Assembly: GCA_964016885.1 (NCBI GenBank) | Contig: OZ024743.1 | Span: 78,058,001-78,122,000 of the forward strand | From: Eledone cirrhosa | Taxonomy: Eukaryota | Direction of reading: 5' to 3' | Length of the DNA stretch: 64,000 nucleotides | Part shown: positions 1 to 13,400 of the stretch, piece by piece | How the letters are laid out: every line of letters starts with the position of its first letter | Numbering within the stretch: the stretch's first letter is position 1 | Notes under the pieces: generated by a model | Databases searched by the model: none | What the model was told of the DNA's origin: nothing | The model's input: the letters and a program-made list of their open reading frames with translations, nothing else | Translations under genes and position numbers: made by a program

Positions 1-2717
1 TGCTCGCATCAGTAGGAAAGTCTTATCCAATGTCTTGCTGAATCATCTAATAAAATGGATCTACCCTGTTGTCATCCCTGAGACCCAGTGTGGATTCAGA
101 GCTGGCCGGGGTACTATGGACATGATTTTCTCAGCCCAAAAGCTTATAGTGAAATGTGTTGAGCAACAAGTGTCACTATACCAAGTATTTGCAGACCCTA
201 CCAAAGCCTTCGATACTGTTAATGGTAGTGCATTGTGGGTTATATTAGGGAAACTTGTATTCCTCCATGAATTTGTTGAAATATTAAAAAAAATCCATAA
301 AAATATGAAAGCAAAAGTGAACTTCAAAGGGACACTGTCAGAGCCAATATCAGTGGAAAATGGTGTGAAGCAAGACGACATACTTGCATCCACTCTGTTC
401 TCCATCTACTTTGCCGGGGTGCTGACATATGCATTCCAAGCCTTCTAAATCGGTGTATACTTGTGTATTAGAACTTCTGGCAAAGTTTTTAATCTAAGAC
501 TGTTTAACACCAAGTCCAAAACATCATCAGGCTTCTCTCGTTTTGGAGTAGGTAAACCCATATCTAAACGGAGAGAGGGCGGTGTTGGCTTTGCCATTAG
601 AACACCCCTGCTTGATCGTATAGAATGTCCTATTGGTGTAACCGATCGCATTATGAAGCTTTGTATTCCTCTGAGACATGACTGTTATGTAACACTTTTA
701 TCTGTTTATGCACCAAACCTATAGTCCAGTGAGATGGTCATTGATTCTTTCTATGAGTCTCTTCGTGCTGCCATTGCATGCACACCTGCTGATGATAAAT
801 TATTACTTCTCGGTGATTTTAATGCTCGTGTGGGTAGTGATCACGAAAGATGGGGCGCCCTCGATCCATTTGGTATTGGTAAAATGGACACCAGCGACCT
901 GAGGTTGCTTGAACTCTGCTCAGAACTCAACTTAACCGTCTGCAACACTCTTTTCCGCCAGAAGGTCAAATATAAATATACCTTATATCATCCAAATCCA
1001 AGCATGGACACATGATTGATTTCATCATCACTCTTAAACGAGATGGAAGTGATGTATGTACAGTGCGTGTGTTGCGTAGTGCAGAATGCGGCTACAAATT
1101 AGTGCGAGGAAAGTTCGAGATGAGTATTCACAAAAGAATTCGTATTAGTGGAGTGAAAATACCGAAACGCATTGATGTCACCAAATTGAGACAAGCAGAT
1201 GTACATGCAACCCTAACTGAAAGATCTGATGGTCTTTTGAAGGCACCTGGGAAAACTTTAGAGATAAAGTTTACTCAGTGGGAGCTGAGGTACTTGGCTT
1301 CAGAACCAAGAAACACCAGGACTGGTTCGATGACAACAATCTTAATATCAATCAGCTACTGAAAGTCAAGCACATTCTCTATGAAAAGCTCCTGAATCAG
1401 AATCCCGTAGCACAACCAGCTGTCAGGAAAGCCTACATAGATCACAAGGCATCACTGCAACGCGAACTGCGCAGGATGCAAAATGAATATTGGAGTAATA
1501 ACTCTTCGGAAATCCAATAGGCTTTTAACACCAAAGATTCGAAGTCAATTTACTCATTGATACGCCAAGACGTCGGCCCACCAACATCCTCAGTAACTCC
1601 TCTGAGTTCTAAAGACGATGCCAATATCTTCATCAAAGAGCCATAAAAAATCCTTCATCGTTGGGAGGAACATTTTACTGACCTGTTTGACCAACCATCA
1701 GCAGTCAATTTTGGAGTAATAGAGGGCCTTCCTCAATGTGAAACAGTCCACCGTATGGATCGACTTTCCTCTGCTGATGAGATAAAGCTTGCAGTCAAGC
1801 AGGTTAACTCTGGCAAGGCACCAAGTCCAGATGGTATCTCATTCGAACTGCTGAAAGTCGGTAGTGATAATGTAACAGAAGCAATAAACAACTTCATCAC
1901 TGATTGCTGGAATGGGACCCCAGTTCCGCAAGACTGGATAAACAGTATTTTGTTATCATTATTGGCAGTATTGGTAGAGGGTCGGACGCCATGCTTTGAA
2001 GTATAGAGTTACGGCCCTTGCCATTCTGAGTTCAAATCCCGCCAAGGTTAACTTTGCCTTTCATCCTTACGGGGTCGATAAAATAAAGTACCAGTAATGT
2101 ACTGGGAAATTGTGCCAGTACTGGCCTTGTGCCAAAAGTAGAAACAATTATATAAAGGACGGTGAATTGGCAGTATCGTTAGAAGGTTGGACGCCATGCT
2201 TTCCAGCATAGTTACGTCTCTTTACGGTCTGAGTTCAAATCCCTTCGAAGTTAACTTTGCCTTTCATGCTACCGGGGTCGATAAAATAAAGTACCAGTAA
2301 TGCACTCTGTAATTGCCGGCCTTGTGCCAAAAGTAGAAATAATTATACAAAGGCAAAGGGGAAAAATTGATATGTGGAAACCGTGGCATCACTTTGTTGG
2401 AAGCTTTTGGCAAGGTTCTTGCAAGACTTTTGTTCAACAGTCTGGAGGAGGATATCTGTCCTATAACTATCCCAGAATCACAGAGTGGTTTTAGTGGAGG
2501 AAGAGGAGCAGTTGACATGATTTTCTTTGTAAGACAAATACAAGAAAAATGCATTGAGCAGTGTGTCCTATATCAAGTGTTTGTCGACCTAACAAAGGCT
2601 CTCGACACAGTTAACGGAGAGGTACTCTGGAGAATACTTGGAAAAGTAGGATGCCCACCCAATTTTGTGTGTATGCTAAAGCAGCTGCACAGAAATATGA
2701 AAATAATAAATAAATAG
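1..2717 (+). mobile_element. Decayed RTE-clade (BovB-like) LINE fragments: RT piece (1-~530) followed by APE-to-RT piece (~540-2717), interrupted by two SINEs
   Basis: ORF fragments contain PETQCGFRAGRGTMDMIF / FADPTKAFDTV (RT), GVGFAIR, SVYAP and LLGDFNARVG (APE), and KAPSPDGI. The frame breaks off at ~1960 and resumes at ~2345 (YKGKG..CGNRGITLL). Many stops and frameshifts. Confidence 0.85.
1962..2345 (+). mobile_element. Two tandem tRNA-derived SINEs (Nin/Deu-domain-like)
   Basis: Each ~185-bp unit has a B-box GAGTTCAAATCCC, the central motif GCCTTTCATCC..GGGGTCGATAAAATAAAGTACCAG and an AATTAT tail. The same family recurs about 10 times in the window. Confidence 0.85.
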
Positions 2718-3232
2718 GTGGACAAGCAAAACCAGGGGTTGTTCCCAGCGGAAAAGACCCAGAGATTTGTATACGCACGTGAACATGTTAATAGTTTCTC
2801 ATAGAACCATGTAGCTAAAGATGAGTCTATACATTTTCTGGTGTTGTTATTGTCACTGTTGCTGTTGTTGGCTTCCTCTTGTTAATGGTAGTGGTGGAGA
2901 TTGCTGATATGATGATGGTGTATACACATATATGCTGTTGTTGCTGGTGTTGTTGTTATTGTCACTGTTGCTGTCGTTGCCTTCCGCTTAATAATTGTTA
3001 CTGCTGCCTATTTCGCCTGTCAAGCTGGCTGCTGAATCAACTTCTGAGAGTGAAGCTCCAATGCCTTCTTTATCACACTAACTTACTGCATTTTGTTTTA
3101 TTCTATTTTTTATTGTCATTTTGATTTATTCCTGTTTTATATTTTCTGAAGCGTAAATAGCATTTTTATACTTAACTTCTCATTCCTGAATTCTACCGCG
3201 TGGTGGATAGTCACTTCCACAAACAATTATAA

Positions 3233-3343
3233 GCTTTCTGATGAAGTGTGATAAATACTTAAGTATTGCATATGATTGAACAATATATATTGTAGTCAGC
3301 ATATGTAGACAATATAAATAGACACGGAAACATATGTTAAAGC
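3233..3343 (+). ncRNA. Type I minimal hammerhead ribozyme with long stem-II insert
   Basis: Stem I GCTTT(3233-37)/AAAGC(3339-43); core CTGATGA 3238-44; stem II GTGT/ACAC; GAAA 3327-30; palindromic stem III CATATG; cleavage triplet GUU. Confidence 0.7.
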
Positions 3344-3501
3344 AAATAAATTCCTAATCTCCTTTCTCGCCGAAGTTTATAATTTTCTTGGTGCATTACT
3401 TGCTTATAAAATAAAAAAGAATAAGTCAAATATTTAAAATTTGGCTTCGTTTATTAAAGATGTACTGCTATATATAGTAAAACAACCAACATATATTCAA
3501 A

Positions 3502-3639
<138 letters not shown>

Positions 3640-3764
3640 GAAGATTATATATGAGGCACTTTGATGTGTCTTTCAAATTAGTCCACAGGCATTTTAATTC
3701 AAATATTGTCCACCCAAAGCACCAACAACAACAACCACAGAACCAACAACAGCAACAAAAGCAA

Positions 3765-3913
3765 CCACTGGTCAAGTAGTATGTATGTTTATCATAGTTG
3801 TCTCTTGACAGGACAATGGTGGGAACTCCCAATAATAGGTAGTTTTAGAGGCGAGAACGCTCAGATTCGGTTTCGAATCTTCGCCAGGTAAAACATAGGA
3901 GTATTCGGTTACA
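3765..3913 (-). mobile_element. Partial solo LTR (same family as 20806-21561 and 32026-32773)
   Basis: Shares CTCAGATTCGGTTTCGAATCTTC..GTAAAACATAGGAGTATT and ends in GTTACA. Confidence 0.7.
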
Positions 3914-3991
3914 CATATATAGACAGACAGATAGATAGATAGATAAAGAGACAGGCAGACGGACGAACAGGTTGGTAAAGAAACAAAGATA

Positions 3992-6243
3992 ACTTTCTTT
4001 TTATTTGCCACCAGGGCATCAAAGAGTGGGACAAGTACAATGGGAGGAGTTTACATAAAAAGGCGTCCTCAATAAGGAGGAGGCAATAACAAAATATAAA
4101 AATAAAATAAAATATAACAAAAATAAATTTAATACCAAAATCCTCAATAGGGAGGAGGCGCCTTGGGGGGTCGCATACACCCCCGAAAAAAGTGTGCAAC
4201 CCTTCTCCTCAGGAGCACAGAGAGAGGGTGCTCCCTTGATCTTTCATCTTTCTCATCTACAGTCTAATGTAGAGTGAAGGCCCATTCACACGGGCCATTC
4301 TCGCCACTTTCACCCATATTTCATAGAAACGGCTGATCCTTCTTACGAAATGATATCGGAAGAAACGGATCAGTTATTGGCCAGAGAGAAAGGTGTCTGA
4401 CCTCAGTCCTTTCAGACGCGTCCACCATACAACCTCTTTCGCCATGGTTATTACGCACGGAAACACCGCCTCTCCTTCGTTTTTGAAGAGAGGGGGCGGC
4501 TTGATCGTTACAATAGACTTGGTGGTCAACCGGATCGGTCCCACCCTTGACAGCAGTTGTTCGACATAGCCCCACAGATCGGCAATGCCCGAGCAGTGTA
4601 CCAATGCGTGTGCAACGGTTTCCTCGTCGCACACGCATCTGGGACAGATATTTTTCGAGGGGTCCCTACCCGGGCGCCCGTGTCTGTAGAGCCTTTCTCG
4701 AACGGGCAGATCCCCTCGGTAGCACTGTCAGGCCAGGGATCTCTGGAAGTTATGTCCTACCGAACAGGTTGGCCACTTCGTTTTCCTCCATGCCTAGGGC
4801 TTCTCCGAGGGCGTCGTCGCACCTGCTAACCACCAGCCCTCTATAGAATGACGAGGTGGATTCTCCACTGACAGCCGGGTCCGCTTGCCAGAGAGCCGTG
4901 AGCGCCTGGGCACACTCGGTGTGCCAGGTGCCCAGTTTTCTCGGTCTTTGCTTGACCCAGGATTGCAGCTCGGTTAGCGAGACGAGTCTGGGAAAGGCTC
5001 GCCTCACAAACGGAGCCCACACCGGTTGACCGGTGAGGAATACCTGAAGGTGCCGTAGCCTTAATGCGTGTTTACGCATCATCAGCCACGGCATCCCCAG
5101 CCCTCCTTTCGAAGAGTGTTGACAGCAGATGGATCTCTTCACCATAGGAGCCCGCTTCTTCCAAAGGAATTGGAAGAGTGCGCGCTCCATTTTGGCGAGC
5201 GTTTCCCTTGGGCAAGGCACGACGGTCAGGCGGTAGTAGATGGCGGACGCTATATAAGTGTTCGCCACCTCCACCCTACCTTTAGGGACAGTTTGCACTC
5301 GGCCCACTTCTGGGTTAGTGCAAACACCCTGTTCGTTACCTCACACCAGTTCTTCTCCACCTGGAGGTCTGGTCCGAACCAGACTCCGAGCAACTTCACC
5401 GACGCCATCGGAGGGCATCGATTTTCCCCTCGACGTGCCGAGTTGCAGACCGATCGACTTGTTCAGGTTCAGCTTAGCCCCTGTAAACCTTTTGTACTCC
5501 TCCAGTAAGGTGCCGATCGCCCCAATTTCCGAGGCCGTCGACACCATTACTGTTACGTTATCGGCGTAGGCCGACACCGCTTTCAGCAATCCCGGTTCCA
5601 ACGGGATGCCCTGCAACAACTCCAACTTCCGCAGCAGTGGCTCTAGAGTCACTACATACAGAAGGGAGGAGAGAGGGCACCCTTGTCGTATGGACTGCGC
5701 GATTTCGAATGGCTCCGAGAGGTAGCCGTTCACCTTGACCTTAGAGCAGATGCGGCTGCTGTGCATGGCAGTGATCCAGGCCCTGAAAACGGCTCCGAAG
5801 TCTGCCGCTGCTAGCACCGCATCCAGGTAACCATGGTCGACCCTATCGAACGCCTTAGATTGATCCAAGTTGATCAGGGCCCCACCAAAGCCGGGTTAGT
5901 TCCCAACCATCTCTATGATGTATCGCATGAGGTGGAGGTTGTCGTAGATGGACCTGGACGGGATAGCCGATGTCTGCGCATCTCCCACCAGGTTGCTCAC
6001 GACAAGCGCCTTTGCTAGCACCTTGGCCAAAATCTGTAACTCTGTATTTAGCAGAGTTATGGGCCTGAAATTATTTATATCGTCCCCCTTGTTCTCGTCC
6101 TTCCTCACTAGCGTGACTACGCCCTTGGTCTCAGCACAGGGAATTCTCCCGTTCTGTTGCCAGTTGCAGTAGACCGCCTCGAGGAGATCGGGGAACAAGT
6201 CCGGCATAGCTAGATATAGTTCGTATGGAAGACCATCGAGACC
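3992..6243 (-). mobile_element. 5'-truncated, decayed Tx1/L1-clade LINE (RT + C-terminal CCHC)
   Basis: Fragments GLDGLPYELY, FRPITLLN, DQSKAFDRVDH, QGCPLS, AYADNV, GGLGMP and C..C.EETVAHALVHC are homologous to ORF 36418-39837. Candidate TSD CAAAGATA at 3984-91 and 6244-51. Confidence 0.9.
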
Positions 6244-6639
6244 CAAAGATAGGTAGACAATTAGGTTGGTAGACAGATAAATAGATATGTAGCAGACAGA
6301 CAGATAGATATATACATAGATATATACATAGTAAATAAATATATACATAGATAAATAGATAGGTATATATATAAATAGATCATTAGCTAGATAGACAGAT
6401 ACATAGATACATACATACAAATATACATATATAGATGGATATATATACATATATATATATATAGGAAAAGCGTCAGAACCCCGACGGCAGTGTTCAAGCC
6501 GTTTCGACAGCTATTTCGAAACGACTTGTACTCTGCCGTCGGGGTTCTGACTATTTTCTTATTACCCACTCTACTACCCAAAGTATCGAGTACTCTGGGC
6601 CGTTATGGTCCACCTGGTTCTTTACCACACTTCCTTCGT

Positions 6640-6672
<33 letters not shown>

Positions 6673-6886
6673 GTTCAGAGATTAGTAGATAGATAGATAC
6701 ATACATACATTCACTGATAGCTGCATAGATGCAGTCATAGTTATATAGTTAGCAGGGTAAATATGTAGATGCATACATAGATCGGTGGACAGTTATGTAG
6801 ATAGACTTATAAACAGATTGATCGTTTTATTTGTTGTTATTCTTCGAAGATGATACATATCCCTGCATAAATTCATATATATGTAT

Positions 6887-8147
6887 CAAAATAATGGAAA
6901 CACCTTAAAATTTCAAACAAATTTATTTTAACATGGGGTAGGACCGCCTTTGGCAGTAATTACAGCTTGAATTCTACAAGGTAAGGACTCGTACAAAGTT
7001 TGAATTACTGCCAAAGGAATTTTTGTCCATTCTTCAGCTAAAACAGTTTCCAGTTCTTGTAGTGATGATGGTGGAGGATATCGACTCCTTACTTGTTTTT
7101 CTAAAATGCACCATAAATGTTCAATAATATTGAGATCTGGGGACTGTGGTGGCCAGATAAGATGTTCAACTTCACTAGAATGTTCCTCGTGCTATTCAGT
7201 AACAACTTTAGCTGTGTGAATTGGTGCATTATCATCCTGAAAGATTGCGTTTCCCTCTGGAAACAGTTCCGCAACCATAGGATGAATTTGATCAGATAAA
7301 ATGCTTAAATAATCTTGACTATTAATTCTGCCATGAAGGGAAACCATTGGGCTGGCGGATTTCCAAGATATAGCCCCCCAGATCATCACAGACCCTCCTC
7401 CATGTTTAACAGTTGGAAGAAGGCAGTCTGGGTCAAATGCTTCTTTTGGCTGTCTCCACACGTATACTCGGCCGGTGGTCGGAAATAAGGTAAAGGATGA
7501 CTCGTCCGAGAAAATAACATTCTTCCACTGCTCTAGGGACCAATTCTGTAGGTTTTTACTCCACTCTAAACGCTTTGCAACGTTTGTTTTTGAAAGTAGT
7601 GGTTTTCTGATTGCAGCCCTCCCATGAAATCCGGCTTTGTGCAGCTCCCGACGAACAGTTTTTGTTGGAACTGGGTTCTCGAGGTGGTCATTAAGCTCTG
7701 CAGTAATTTTGGGAGCTGTACTTTTGTGATCCTTTCTAACAATTCGCGTAAGAGTCCGACGGTCCCTATCTGAAAGTTTTGGTTTTCTTCCGGAGTTTTG
7801 TTTCGACAAAGAGGTTTTTCCCTCTTTCTCAAAAGCTGTCATTACTTTCGAGACAGTACTTCTTGATACACCAAACATTTCTGCTGTTTTCGTTACGCTA
7901 GCACCTGCCATACGAGCACCAACAATTTGACCTCTTTGAAAGTCCGATAGATCTGTCATTTTAATGAATTTTAATTACCTTTCTCTGTATGATATCTGAA
8001 AAGAAACAGCAATTTTAACAAAACATATTAAGCAACACTAATAATAAATCAAAAAACATAAAAATAAACAAGCTTTTGACGGTTTTATACATATTTCTAA
8101 TTTATGATGTTATGATGCTAGGTGTTTCCATTATTTTGTCCAACATG
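6887..8147 (-). mobile_element. Tc1 (DD34E) DNA transposon
   Basis: TIRs CAAAATAATGGAAACACCT (6887-6905) and AGGTGTTTCCATTATTTTG (8120-38), with TA flanks. Confidence 0.93.
6928..7959 (-). pseudogene. Tc1 transposase with one premature stop at 7192-94
   Basis: HTH N-terminus, GRKPKLS, FSDES and FQDDNAPIH. After the stop the frame continues WPPQSPDLNIIEHLW..AKGGPT to TAA at 6928. Confidence 0.92.
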
Positions 8148-8163
8148 TATATTATATATATAT

Positions 8164-8207
<44 letters not shown>

Positions 8208-8292
8208 AAAGTTTTATTTAAAATTGTTGGGTTACAACGAGTAAATATTTTATAACTGATATAAAAGCACTCAACAGTTTTTGGAGTAGGTT

Positions 8293-8646
8293 TACGATAT
8301 TAAACAAATGGAAACTATATTTATAAAACCATATTTATTTCGTTATATATATTTCTGGGATATCATATTAAAAATATGGTATGCCTTCCTCAGACAAAAT
8401 ACAATATATAAGCTGTTTTATAAATAAATTTGACATACCTTAGAATAATGCAACTTCCATTTAAAAAGTTGATTTTTTAAATGGAAGTTGCATTATTCTA
8501 AGGTATGTCAAATTTATTTATAAAACAGCTTATATATTGTATTTTGTCTGAGGAAGGCATACCATATTTTTAATATGATATCCCAGAAATATATATAACG
8601 AAATAAATATGGTTTTATAAATATAGTTTCCATTTGTTTAATATCG

Positions 8647-8648
<2 letters not shown>
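8293..8648. repeat. Perfect palindrome, 175-bp arms with a 6-nt spacer, in a (TA)n-flanked element
   Basis: 8293-8467 is the reverse complement of 8474-8648; the spacer is GTTGAT. Confidence 0.95.
8541..8604 (+). ncRNA. Type I minimal hammerhead ribozyme (mirror copy on - strand at 8337-8400)
   Basis: Stem I ATTTTGT/ACGAAAT; core CTGAGGA 8548-54; imperfect stem II GGCATACCATATT../..AATATGATATCCC; GAAA 8586-89; palindromic TATATA; triplet AUA. Confidence 0.65.
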
Positions 8649-8677
<29 letters not shown>

Positions 8678-8828
8678 CTGTATTATATATACTTATATAT
8701 TATATGTATATATATATTATATATTATATATTATATATTATATGTATATATATATTATATATTATATATATATTATCTTATATTATATATATATATATAT
8801 ATATTATATATATTATATATATATTATA

Positions 8829-10387
8829 CTACCAGTGGCACGTGGCGTTGCACGGGATAATGTATTTTGGAACGCGGGCCGCCAACAGACCTAATCGTGG
8901 AAAAACTGCATGACTCGACAATATGTAAAGAAAATAAACCGAATACTCTGATGGCCGGATAATCTTTAACATTTTCCTCAATGAAGCAGGAAAAATGCAG
9001 GTTTTCATCTAATAGGGCATCAGAAAATGAATTTTTTTTATGTGCATAATATGCCTTGAAATTTCAGGAAAATCGGCTAGACGTAACGTCTAAAAAAAAA
9101 CCTAAAAAGCTGAAAAAAATGATGTTTTTTACCTAATGCGGTCCCTAGGCCATAAAAAAGTTGGATTTTCTTTGCTCACGGTATGAAGAATAGACTGACT
9201 AATACATAGTTACAATTTCAAGGAAATCGGTCTGACGTAACTCCTCAAAATACCCATAAAAAGCTGAAAAAACGCAGTTTTTCACCTAATGCGGGCCTTA
9301 GGGGATCAACAAGTTGAATTTTTTATCTGCATAACACTCCCTGAAACATAACGCGAGCCGCCAACAGACGTTATCGTGGAAAAACTGCATGCCTGGACAA
9401 TATGTAAAGAAAATAAACCGAATACTCTGATCCAATTAGTATTAGGTATGCTTCTCCTTCCACGTGATGAAAATCGGCTTGGTGCTTTTGTACTTTAATA
9501 AAGTGGCATGAGTCAGCAGGACAGATGTCACCACTTATGTCACCACTTATGTCAGAGGGAAGTCTGAAATGCTTGAGCAAGGCATGACGTGCAAGCGGAC
9601 AGCATGTGGAGCCTTCTCTTAGGAGTCCACCGCACCTTAGTAAGTAAACGCAACTGGACAAACGTTTACCAAACTGTGGGTCTAATTTAACAAATTTAAA
9701 GAGGAATGGTGCAATAAAATGGGCCCCGAGGCGTGTGCGCGTTCACTGGCAGCCCTAAACTAAAGGGTTGCCATCAGCTATTTCAAGGGCCCTTAAAAGG
9801 GCCGTGTAAGCCGTTCACTGACACCCCAGTAAGGAGGGGTAACCATCAACAATTTCAAGTGGTGGCCCTAAATAGGGTCATGTGAGAATTCACTTGTAGC
9901 CCATAATAGTGACTTTGACTGCGTTCTCTGACATTTGGAGGATGTTACGCTTGCTTCCACTGGTAGCCTTTAGAATGAATCAGAATGCGTTCGCGGTCCG
10001 TTTAACAGCCATACATTGACGCGCTGAGTGCGATGCAGACAGCCAGACATACAGACATATATTATAAGGGCGCGTTCTGGACGAAGAGAGAATTGTGGGA
10101 AGCGACGTAATGCAGACAGCCAGACATACAGAGAGATATTATAAGGGCGCGACGTTATATGTATGTATCTATCTAAAAAGAGAAAGACTAAGAATTACAG
10201 TGAGAGATCGCTAAATCGCCCAATGCGGTCTCTAGGGAAATGAAAATATGAAATATTTTTGCTCAGAACACTCCCTGAACCATAAGTATTACATGTGTAA
10301 AGCTTGAAAACAGTCGGTTGGGTGCTTCTCGAGTTTTAAAGATTCAAACACTCACACACAGACATCCTCAGTTTTATATATATAGAT
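8829..10387 (-). mobile_element. Non-autonomous Helitron
   Basis: On the - strand it starts TCTATATATATAAAACTGAGGATGT and ends in a GC-rich CCCGTGCAACGCCACG hairpin followed by GTAG. The termini resemble those of the Helitron at 19929-25175. Internal direct duplications are present (~8872/~9352 and ~10033/~10110). Confidence 0.7.
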
Positions 10388-10400
10388 AATATATATAAAT

Positions 10401-13400
10401 ATCATCATCATCATCATCATTTTACGTCCGCTTTTCCCTGCTTGCAAGGGTGGGACGGATCCTATTCAGCGCAGCATCTCTCCCTTTGTAACGGTCCTTC
10501 GTCATCTCCTCCGTGAGCTTCAGCGATCTGAGGTCTGCTCTCATCAACTCCGCTCATGTTTTTTGTGGTCTTCCTCAACTGCGTCTTCCTTCTACTGGGA
10601 TTTCTTGGCACTTCTTTACCCAGCGGTCAACCTCCATGCACATCACATGTCCATACCATCGCATCTCCTCTCTCGCACATTACAACTTATCCCTCTTAAA
10701 TACAGTTTCTCTCTCAACACATCCATGCTTGGTCGTTCACGTACATTGACATTGCACATCCAACGGAGAGTGCTTGCTTTATTTCTCTACAGCCGTCGCA
10801 TATCCTCTGCAGTTGCTACCCATGTCGCACTACCATGCAGCATCCCGCACCTCACACAGGCATCATATAACCCGCCTTTCGTACGCAGGGAGAAACCCTT
10901 CTTCGTCAGCAGAGGAAGCAGCTCCCTAAACTTCTTCCAACCCGTCCTTATTCTATGGCCTCGGAACATCCCCCTCCCATGCTAATCTGATCACCTAGGT
11001 ACCGGAAGCTATCAACCACTTCTATAGAACCACCTGCATTTGAAAAATGTGTCTATCAATGCGACTTCTACTGTCAACTTTCCCTGTACATCTACTGCAT
11101 ACGTATTTCTCCTTACCTGTTAGTTTGCCTGCTATCCCACTACATCTCTTGTGTACCCAAGATCTGCATTGTGTACATTTTATAGAATTTATGCCAGTTC
11201 CTTTTCTACATATCGAACATGGCCATTTCCATGATGGAATCAGAGTTTTGTCTTCTTTTCTACTTATCCACACTTTTGTCTTAGCTAGGTTCACTCTCAG
11301 TCCTCTTAATTCCAACTGCTGTTTCCATAGCCAGAATTTATTCTCTAGCTCCTCTACTGATTCTGCTATAAGAACCAGATCGTCAGCATAGAGAAGTTCC
11401 CATGGGCAGCCAGTCTTAAACTCCTCTGTTATGGCTGGAGGACTATAATGAACAAGAGCGGGCTGAGGACCGAACCCTGATGTACTCCTACTTGTATCTG
11501 GAATTCCTCACTAAACTCCATTCCTACCCTCACTCTACTGACAGCGCCTCTGTTCAAAGCTTGCACTGTCCTCACAAGCCATTCCTCAACACCTAGTTTC
11601 CTTAGGGACCACCAGATGACAGATTGGGTACCCTATCAAAGGCCTTCTCTAGGTCAACAAAGGCTAAGTATAGTGGCTTATTCTTCTCTAAGAACCTCTT
11701 AGTTGTCTCACTAAGAAGAGGGTATCTGTTGTACTTTTCCGAGGCACAAAACCAAACTGCATCTCATCTAGTTTGAACCGTTCTCTAATTAGTTGCGCTA
11801 ATATCCTTTCTGCCACTTTCATAACCTGATCCATTAGTTGTATGCCCCTATAATTGTTACCCTCCAGAGCATCCTCCTTTGGTAGCAATTTATGAGAATA
11901 CTGCTGCACCAGTCTTTGGGTATGACACCACCATATATAGCTTGATTGATGATGTGTGCAACCAGTTTATGCCTACGTCCCCTGATGCCTTCAACATCTC
12001 AGTAACTATCCTCGACGGTCCAGCGGCCTTACCATTTTTCATTTCCTTAATTGCCCCTTGGACCCTATATTCGTCAATTTCAATAGCTGGTCCCTCTGTC
12101 GTATCTACCGGGGTTAATTTCTCTCTATCCCATTCGTTCTCCACATTCATCAGTCTTTCATAATGACATTTCCAGGCCTCCTTTTTCTGATCATTCGTGA
12201 CACTAAGTACACCGGCATCATTCCGGACACATTTATCTCCAACATCTTGATTTGCACTGACACACTGTCTTGCAATGCGGAACACCGCACGTCTCTGATC
12301 TTCCCGTTGCAGAACATTGGCAAACCTCCTACTCTCACCCTCCCTGCGTGCTAAGTACACCTGACGTCTAGCTTCTCTCTTAGTGGCTGAGTATCCTTCT
12401 TTACTCCCACCCTTTTCCCAAACCTTCCATGCCAGTCTTTTGTCTCTAATGGTCCTATCTACCGTGCTGTTCCACCACCAGGTCACTCTCTGTCTGGTTG
12501 AAGCTCATCCTCAACTACAAGTCTCTTCAGGAGCCTGAAGTTAGTTGTCACGTAAGAAATTCCAGTTATCATCTATGTCATACGACTCTAAATCGTCTTC
12601 TTTTTCGCCATACACATCTTGAAGGGCTTTCCTAAATTTATATTTTAGTGAAAGGTCTTTTAGCTTCCATACCTTTCTTTTCTACACCTTCCTGTATGTC
12701 TCATTTTGTCTCTTGCATACTGAGATGTCACTAACGACTAACCTATGCTGTGGGGTACATTCTTCTCCGGGGTATACTTTGGTATTTGACACCATCTGTC
12801 TGTCTCGCTGCCCAACTAGCAAGAAGTCAATCTGGCTTATGTGCTCGCCTGATTTGTAGGTTATTAGGTGGTTGGAAGGTTTCTGGAAGTTAGTGATGCA
12901 AATAGTTAGTGCACTTGCATCACAAAATTCAAGAAGCCTCACTTCTTCTTCATTTCTTGAGCCGTAACCGTGCCCATCATGTACCGCAGTGTATCCATCC
13001 TGGAGCTGTCCAACATGACCATTGAAGTCCCCTGCTAGCATAACGATGTCTCCTTCCTCTGTCATTGCAACTGTTTGTAGAAGTTGCTCGTAAAAGCAGT
13101 CTCTCTCTTCTTTACCTAGGCCTGCTTGGGGAGCATAGGCAGAGATGATTGTCAGTAGTTTCTTGCCTACAACTAATCTAAGCTTAATTATTCTATTACT
13201 AACTCTAACTACTTCTATTGTCTTATCGATCCATCTCTCAGCCAGTAAAATGCCTACCCCACCTAACCCATCATCATTACCCACCCAGAAAAGCTTATAA
13301 CTAAGATGTTTGCCTGTGATTAGTCTCGCAGAGGCACATCTCCATCTCACCTCTTGCATGCAGGACTCATCCACATGTTTCTCTCCAGCATCTCCACTAT

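Noticed and set aside
1962-2345. tRNA genes suggested by B-box motifs
   Set aside because: No cloverleaf; these are SINE heads.
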